Shown piece by piece: positions 58,357-64,000 of a stretch of DNA of 64,000 nt; the stretch's first letter is position 1; the number at the start of each line of letters is the position of its first letter. Location of the stretch: positions 74,081 to 138,080 of the IMG/VR virus record IMGVR_UViG_2907202186_000003; one strand, 5' to 3'. Source of the stretch: a virus (lineage: Duplodnaviria; Caudoviricetes). A program made the position numbers and the translations under genes. The notes under the pieces were generated by a model. The model did not search any database. It saw only the letters and a program-made list of their open reading frames with translations, and was not told the origin of the DNA.

Positions 58357-60276
58357 ATGTCATCGTTTGATTACCAGAATAGTACAATCACAAAATATCG
58401 AACTGGTACTAGTGATGATCCATTTATCGATATAATCGAGACTAAAAAAGTTATTAATGGTCAGATACAACTTAATGAAATACCCATTTTATTAAATAAA
58501 GTAAGAATCAATTATATGTTTGAAGTTCCCAGTACATACACTGATACATTGAAAGAAAAGGAATATCGAGTTGATTACTCTGAAGGTATTGTCTCCTTTC
58601 ACCCTTCTGCCGAAGGATTAACATTAGATTTGAATTATAAAGGTCGAGGAAATCATTATGTAAGTGCGGCAAGAATTTGGACTAAAGAGCATGATGGTGA
58701 GGTTCTTGAGACTTTAGGAGATATTTTAGAAGTCGGCAAAGATGCAATAGGCAACATCCAGGAATTATCCGAGCTAATGAATAATGCAAAGACGGCAATA
58801 GTAGATGCTAACACAGCTACTCAAGAAGCCCATGATGGTGCAACTAAAGCAAACGAAGCTGCGACAGGGGCAAATAGTCAAGGTAAGTATGCTAAAGACC
58901 AGGGTGATTATGCTAAGACTCAAGGAGATGCAGCGAAAAAGTCCGCTTCGGATACGGTTATTGCAACTGGAAATGCTAATCAAGCTACAGATAAGGCGAA
59001 TCTTGCGACTACCACAGCAAATACAGCTCACGACTTGGCTATTGATGCAGCAGCTAATGCGAATCAAAAAGCCAATTACGCCCAAGAGCAAGGAGACTAC
59101 GCTAAGACTAGCACTGATGAACTGGTTGAAATCGGAACATCACTAGCTAATAAGGGTATCTACGATAACTCAATTACATATAAACCTTTAAATATTGTAG
59201 TGTACAGTTCAGGAGTTTATCAAAACACCCAAGAATGTAAAGGAATTCTCCCTACTAACTCAAATTACTGGCAACTTTTGATGCAGACGGCAACTTCGGT
59301 TACGTGGGATAGTGTTGTCGGTAAACCAGATGTTGATGGTCATATTAATAACACGAGTAATCCTCATAAAGTTACAGCTGCCCAAGTAGGCGCTTATTCT
59401 AAAGCTGAATCCGATGGCAAGTATGCTACTTCTACGAATTTAACCGCTCATACAAATGACACCAATATTCACCTTCAAACAGGTGAACGTACAAAATGGA
59501 ACGGAAAGCAAGATGCGTTAGGATTTACACCTGAGGATATCTCAAAGAAGGGCAAAGCCAATGGATATGCAAGCCTTGATTCGAGTGGCTATGTCCCATC
59601 CTCTCAACTCTCCCTTCCCTCCAATCTTGAAACAACAACAGGGGCTCAAGCAAAAGTAGATGCCCTTAGTGGCGCTGGGAATACGAAAACGGTGAAACAA
59701 GTGGACGACGCAGTTACTGCGCATTTGGCGGATACCACGAAGCACATTACAGCAGCGGAACGAACCAGTTGGAACAATGCAGTAACTGATATCGGAGTTA
59801 AAGGAAATCTAAATACATCCGCAAAGAGTAACCTTGTCGCAGCAATAAACGAGCTTTTTACATCTGTCGCTAATGGGAAAAATAGTATCGCTTCCGCCAT
59901 TAGCGGCAAGGGGATTTCGGCTTCAGGAAGTGATGAGTTTTCAGCACTAGCGGCCAAGATAGGGCAGATCAATACTGGAATAGCATCTGTTCAGGGTGTT
60001 GTTACCGGGAACGCAGATAAAAATTTAATTATCCCAACTTCGTTTCCCGTAAAGGTAGCGATTTTATGGAAAGGTACTAGTAATATCTCTGGAACCACTA
60101 ACGGGGTTGTGTTTGGAAAACTAATTGATGGCTTTAATACTGGGACTCTCTTTTGGGGGACTGGTGGTACAACAGGTACCGATACTTTATACAATCAAAC
60201 AAACAGCTATTATCCAGGAAGTGTATGCTGTCTTGCAAACAAGTTTCCTGGTGACTGGAATTACATTCTTATTTAA
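58357..60276 (+). CDS. tail fibre / receptor-binding protein
   Basis: Ala-rich GDYAK repeats; NPHKVTAAQVG, HLADTTKHIT, NLVAAINE fibre motifs. Confidence 0.8.
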   Translation: MSSFDYQNSTITKYRTGTSDDPFIDIIETKKVINGQIQLNEIPILLNKVRINYMFEVPSTYTDTLKEKEYRVDYSEGIVSFHPSAEGLTLDLNYKGRGNHYVSAARIWTKEHDGEVLETLGDILEVGKDAIGNIQELSELMNNAKTAIVDANTATQEAHDGATKANEAATGANSQGKYAKDQGDYAKTQGDAAKKSASDTVIATGNANQATDKANLATTTANTAHDLAIDAAANANQKANYAQEQGDYAKTSTDELVEIGTSLANKGIYDNSITYKPLNIVVYSSGVYQNTQECKGILPTNSNYWQLLMQTATSVTWDSVVGKPDVDGHINNTSNPHKVTAAQVGAYSKAESDGKYATSTNLTAHTNDTNIHLQTGERTKWNGKQDALGFTPEDISKKGKANGYASLDSSGYVPSSQLSLPSNLETTTGAQAKVDALSGAGNTKTVKQVDDAVTAHLADTTKHITAAERTSWNNAVTDIGVKGNLNTSAKSNLVAAINELFTSVANGKNSIASAISGKGISASGSDEFSALAAKIGQINTGIASVQGVVTGNADKNLIIPTSFPVKVAILWKGTSNISGTTNGVVFGKLIDGFNTGTLFWGTGGTTGTDTLYNQTNSYYPGSVCCLANKFPGDWNYILI

Positions 60277-60291
60277 TGGTAGGTGATTTAA

Positions 60292-60765
60292 TTGGAGACA
60301 CAGCAAATCATCGAACGAGGCAGAGTTATTTTTTATGATGTAAATAATGGACAAATTCTTGAAATAATTCCATCGATGAGGGGGCCATTTAAACCCAAAA
60401 CAATTGATGAATATATTTCGATGTACCCTCTGCTTCGCGATAGAGATCGAGATTCTTACGGACATTTGGAACTTGATTTTGGACAATATGATGAGGATTT
60501 CGCACAAGCAAATGGATACTGGGTCAATCCCGGTACAAGGCAGTTAGAATTTTCGTACCCCGATCCAAATACACCTGATCCAGAACAACCGCCTATGCAC
60601 CAAAAGCCGCTGACTGAGCAAATCGAGAATTTACAACGAGAGAATACTGAGTTGAAACTAGCGTTGACAGAACTAGCGGAAACAAACGAATCCGACAAAC
60701 TGAATATGCAACTTGCGATTACAGAACTGGCTGAACTCGTAGTAGGGGGTGATCAAGTTGGCTAA
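60292..60765 (+). CDS. tail fibre-associated protein
   Basis: Follows the fibre gene; C-terminal LALTELAE coiled coil. Confidence 0.6.
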   Translation: METQQIIERGRVIFYDVNNGQILEIIPSMRGPFKPKTIDEYISMYPLLRDRDRDSYGHLELDFGQYDEDFAQANGYWVNPGTRQLEFSYPDPNTPDPEQPPMHQKPLTEQIENLQRENTELKLALTELAETNESDKLNMQLAITELAELVVGGDQVG

Positions 60766-60871
60766 AATTTATTATGATTTGATCAAGATTAATATGAAAA
60801 AAATCGAAGATGTTCCAACTCGCTGGCGTGCTGATGTACAGGCCATGCTCGAATCAGATGTAACAGAGTAG
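60758..60871 (+). CDS. XkdX/CD1375-like small protein (not in ORF track)
   Basis: MAKIYYDLIKINMKKIEDVPTRWRADVQAML. Confidence 0.7.
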   Translation: MAKIYYDLIKINMKKIEDVPTRWRADVQAMLESDVTE

Positions 60872-60933
60872 GATGATAATACGCAGTAAGAACAAGCGCT
60901 AATAGGCGCTTTTATTTTGCACAGCAATTACTT

Positions 60934-60951
60934 ATAAAATGGACATTTCAT
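60934..60951. repeat. copy of the 18-bp boundary motif
   Basis: ATAAAA-TGGACA-TTTCAT between the fibre module and the lysis module. Confidence 0.7.
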
Positions 60952-61068
60952 CAAGAAAAGAGAGTTAAAAAGTCCTTATTTTATAAGGGTTTTTCAAACT
61001 CTCTTTTTTATATTTTCAGCTCTCCCCTATTCTATTTTTACAATTAAACATAAATCGGAGGAAAGATT

Positions 61069-61515
61069 GTGTATGACAAAATTTTAAATGCAATTATAGC
61101 TTCATTTGGTGTAATTACTACATACGCCTTTGGTGGTTGGAATGAAGCGCTTGCCCTACTCGCTATTTTAGTTGTTCTAGATTGGTTTTCTGGTGTAAGT
61201 GCTTCGCTCCGTGAAGGATTTGCCAATCCCTCTGATAAAACCAAGGGGCTGAATTCAAATAAGGGATTCTTAGGTATATTCAAGAAAGTTCTTATGTTTA
61301 CTGTGATTGCTGTCCTATATAGAATCGATAATCTACTTGGTCTCAGTGGAACATTAAGTTTAGCAGTGGGCGCGACGTATTTCTATATTTCAAACGAGCT
61401 TATTAGTTTAGCGGAAAATTATGGCCGTCTCGGACTTCCAATGCCAGAGCAGTTTAAAAGAGCTATTAGTGTGTTAAAAGCAAAAAGTGAAACAAAAGAG
61501 GAAGATAAGAAATAG
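61069..61515 (+). CDS. holin (phage holin 4 family)
   Basis: FGGW...LDWFSGV...S.KG..GI.KK...NE..S..EN...LG.P.P. Confidence 0.88.
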   Translation: MYDKILNAIIASFGVITTYAFGGWNEALALLAILVVLDWFSGVSASLREGFANPSDKTKGLNSNKGFLGIFKKVLMFTVIAVLYRIDNLLGLSGTLSLAVGATYFYISNELISLAENYGRLGLPMPEQFKRAISVLKAKSETKEEDKK

Positions 61516-61551
61516 CAGAAACTCCAACGTCAAGAAAGGAGATCTAAAGCA

Positions 61552-62430
61552 ATGTCATTTAAAATGAAATACAACATTACGCCCAAGTATTTAACTTCGG
61601 GTACAAAACGTAGATCGGGTATCAAAGCGCATAGTATTAAGTTTATTGTTGCTCACGACACAGGCAATAAGGGTTCAACCGCACTAAACAATGTAACTTA
61701 TTATGAGAATACTAAAAATGAGCAATCGGCATCTGCTCACCTTTTTGTGGATGATAAGAACATTTATGAATGTATTCCTGCTCTCACTGGAACGCCAGAG
61801 AAAGCTTGGCATGTTCTTTATAACAAACCAAAGGATAATGAAATGTTTGGTTGTGATGCCAATGACGCAGCAATCGGAGTTGAGTATTGTTATGGTTCTA
61901 ATATCAATTCTAATGAGTCGTATAAGCGTTACATATGGGTAATGGCATACATCTGTTATAAGTTCAACCTTGACCCCAAGAAATCAATTGTAGGGCATTT
62001 TATACTCGATCCAGAACGTAAGACAGATCCTAGAACTGGATTAGCTGATAGTAAACGGACTTACGAACAAATGCTCAAGGATGTTGTTGCTGAGTATGAA
62101 GATTGCACAAATACTAATATTGTAAAGGATGATGAACCAATGACCAAAGAAGAAAAATTAGCATTTGATAAACTTTGTGCTCAGGTAGAAAGTTTGAGTA
62201 AAAGTAAAGACATCCTTAAGAACACAATAATGGAGCAGGGTCAAACTATTCTCAAACTTCAGTCTAAATTGAGTATGGATGTTCCTGCTTATGCCAAGGA
62301 AGCCATAGATAAACTAGCCTGTATGAAAGACAAGAATGGTAAACCCGTGGTTGATACACCGAATGGAAAAAGCGAGGCATTCTACCAAGCGGCAACTGTA
62401 CTTGATCGCACAGGTATCTTTAATAAGTAA
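61552..62430 (+). CDS. N-acetylmuramoyl-L-alanine amidase endolysin
   Basis: IVAHDTGN, SAHLFVD, AWHV, IGVE, GH...KTDP (Amidase_2). Confidence 0.9.
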   Translation: MSFKMKYNITPKYLTSGTKRRSGIKAHSIKFIVAHDTGNKGSTALNNVTYYENTKNEQSASAHLFVDDKNIYECIPALTGTPEKAWHVLYNKPKDNEMFGCDANDAAIGVEYCYGSNINSNESYKRYIWVMAYICYKFNLDPKKSIVGHFILDPERKTDPRTGLADSKRTYEQMLKDVVAEYEDCTNTNIVKDDEPMTKEEKLAFDKLCAQVESLSKSKDILKNTIMEQGQTILKLQSKLSMDVPAYAKEAIDKLACMKDKNGKPVVDTPNGKSEAFYQAATVLDRTGIFNK

Positions 62431-62461
62431 AAATACATAAGCCAGTTAAAGGAGAATTTTA

Positions 62462-62848
62462 ATGAATGAACTATATATTATTGTCGCAGTGCTTGCTGTA
62501 ATTGTAGCAGGTTTCTTTGTCATTCCCTTTGCTAAGAAAAAGGGCTGGTTTACAAAAAAAAGAATCGATGGTGTAGAAAAAGCATTGCAAGTTGCAGATC
62601 TTATTCTTCAAGTCTCCAATATTGATGCTTTAAATAAGCAGAAAAGTACATTCGCCCTGGACATCGCAAGCACCGTTGTACACTATGTTGATAAATTAGA
62701 CAATGCTCAAAGCAAGGATGATAAAATGACACTTTCTTTAAAAATTGTCGATAACATTCTGGAGAAATACGGAGTAAAACCAAGCATTCAAGAGCAGCAA
62801 TTGATTAATATTGTGATTGCTGAATGTCTGAATATTGCACAGAAATAG
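62462..62848 (+). CDS. membrane protein, holin-like
   Basis: Single N-terminal TM; lysis cassette position. Confidence 0.55.
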   Translation: MNELYIIVAVLAVIVAGFFVIPFAKKKGWFTKKRIDGVEKALQVADLILQVSNIDALNKQKSTFALDIASTVVHYVDKLDNAQSKDDKMTLSLKIVDNILEKYGVKPSIQEQQLINIVIAECLNIAQK

Positions 62849-62854
62849 AGATAC

Positions 62855-62898
62855 AAAAAAGCCCCTCTTAAGGATAATTCCTTTTGAGGGGCTTTTTT
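62855..62898. terminator. bidirectional terminator
   Basis: AAAAAAGCCCCTC...GAGGGGCTTTTTT between convergent genes. Confidence 0.85.
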
Positions 62899-64000
62899 AC
62901 TTTAATAGATTATCTAAAGCATTAACTGCGTCTGTCTGCATGTTTGGTGTCATATGTGAATACAAATCAATAGTCACCTTTATTGATGAATGACCTAATA
63001 ACTCCTGAACCACTTTTGGATGTTGTCCAAGTTGCAACAATAGAGACGCACATGTATGCCTTAAATCATGGAATCTAATCTTTCTAACCTTTGTTAGCCC
63101 CAGTAAGTAATACCATGTACTAGTCAAGTTAGGCTTGGTTAATGGCTTACCTGTTGTGGTGCAGACCAATAATCTATCTTTATTGTATTCTTCTCCGTAT
63201 TGTTCAATCTCTATCTCCATAGACCTAATCTGCTCCAAGAGTGGATTTAATAAGCTTTCAGGAATTGCAATGGATCTATTGCCAGAAATAGTTTTTGCAC
63301 CTGCTTTAAGTTTTGCATCATACGTAAGTACTTGCCTAACATGTATTCTTTTATTCACTAAATCTATATCAGAAATCGACAATCCCAAAATTTCACCCAT
63401 GCGCATCCCCGTATAAATTGCTAATTGGAATACGATCTTCTGCCTATGCTCAAAACCATTTAAGAATTGTTTTACTTCATCAACTGTCCAGTAATCAAGT
63501 TTCTTCTTAGATACTCTAGGAGCAGACTCAAGCAATGTCATTGGATTCTTAGGTAATAATTCTTTTTTAGCAGCAGCGTTTAGCGAGGTGTTAACGATAT
63601 TGTATATTTTTCTTATAGTACTCTCAGCCAGATTCCGGTCCTGAAGATCAGATACAAATTTCTCTAATATGAATACATTTAGTTTAGACATAGGCACATG
63701 TCCAATGAGTGGGATGATATGATGTTTGATGTGATTGAGATTATTGTATCTCGCTTGCTCAGAAAGATTTTGCTTATTATCAATCCACTGATAAATATAC
63801 TCTCCAAAAGTTGATTTAATTGGTTCATAATAAGAACCTTTATTCCATTCATTCCTAGCTTCAACTTCTAAAATTTCAGCTTCTCTTTTTGTTTTAAATC
63901 CACGTTTCTTAATAGTTTTGCGTTTTCCATTGTCATCTTTAACCTCAAAAGCATAATACCATGGATTTAACTTAGCGTTTTTATCCTTATAAACTGGCAA
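62897..64000 (-). CDS. tyrosine integrase with arm-binding domain
   Basis: KKRGFKTKREA arm-binding region; TGMRMGE; FHDLRHT; LGHSSIKVTIDLY. Confidence 0.93.
   Translation of the reverse strand: MPVYKDKNAKLNPWYYAFEVKDDNGKRKTIKKRGFKTKREAEILEVEARNEWNKGSYYEPIKSTFGEYIYQWIDNKQNLSEQARYNNLNHIKHHIIPLIGHVPMSKLNVFILEKFVSDLQDRNLAESTIRKIYNIVNTSLNAAAKKELLPKNPMTLLESAPRVSKKKLDYWTVDEVKQFLNGFEHRQKIVFQLAIYTGMRMGEILGLSISDIDLVNKRIHVRQVLTYDAKLKAGAKTISGNRSIAIPESLLNPLLEQIRSMEIEIEQYGEEYNKDRLLVCTTTGKPLTKPNLTSTWYYLLGLTKVRKIRFHDLRHTCASLLLQLGQHPKVVQELLGHSSIKVTIDLYSHMTPNMQTDAVNALDNLLK

Larger units (their letters stand above)
1..64000. mobile_element. SPbeta-like temperate phage/prophage (partial; no att site visible)
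   Basis: The gene order YonO-like RNAP, HU, YonK, phosphoesterase, terminase, portal, capsid, tail, tape measure, lysis mirrors the SPbeta yon/yom cluster. An integrase lies at the right edge. No host housekeeping genes are present. Confidence 0.92.

Noticed and set aside
58780-59110. DNA tandem repeat or DGR variable region in the fibre gene
   Set aside because: The repeats are protein-level Ala-rich heptads; there is no reverse transcriptase or template repeat in the window.
62850-64000. attL/attR site
   Set aside because: The integrase starts at the window edge; no att core duplication can be identified within the window.
1-64000. Arbitrium (aimR-aimP-aimX) system
   Set aside because: No TPR receptor or propeptide gene was recognised in this window; it may lie elsewhere in the prophage.

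Overview
This window is about 64 kb of an AT-rich SPbeta-like temperate siphophage or prophage of a Bacillota host. Gene content suggests Paenibacillus, which is an inference. Positions 1-19.7 kb are an accessory/early region of about 45 mostly minus-strand small genes. Positions 20-26.7 kb are a minus-strand replication-like module: two rep-like genes, iterons, a RecD2 helicase and a tyrosine recombinase. Positions 26.9-62.8 kb are a plus-strand late region: YonO-like single-subunit RNA polymerase, HU, YonK, phosphoesterase, terminase, portal, capsid, tail, a second tyrosine recombinase, tape measure with NlpC/P60, Dit/Tal, fibre, holin and amidase. A tyrosine integrase lies at the right edge. 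Four things stand out. (1) About 30 copies of an 18-bp imperfect palindrome RTRAAA-N6-TTTYAT sit at gene boundaries of the accessory region, mostly between a stop codon and the next RBS. Neighbouring copies share similar 6-bp spacers and one copy abuts a tyrosine recombinase gene, which suggests a phage gene-cassette (integron-like) shuffling system. (2) A solitary type I-C CRISPR repeat with its own promoter, operator and terminator lies inside an acr/aca-like operon, making it a candidate RNA anti-CRISPR locus. (3) A degenerate tRNA-like element lies in the array. (4) A -1 frameshift signal could fuse the tail tube to a downstream domain. All calls come from reading the sequence by eye; no searches were run.
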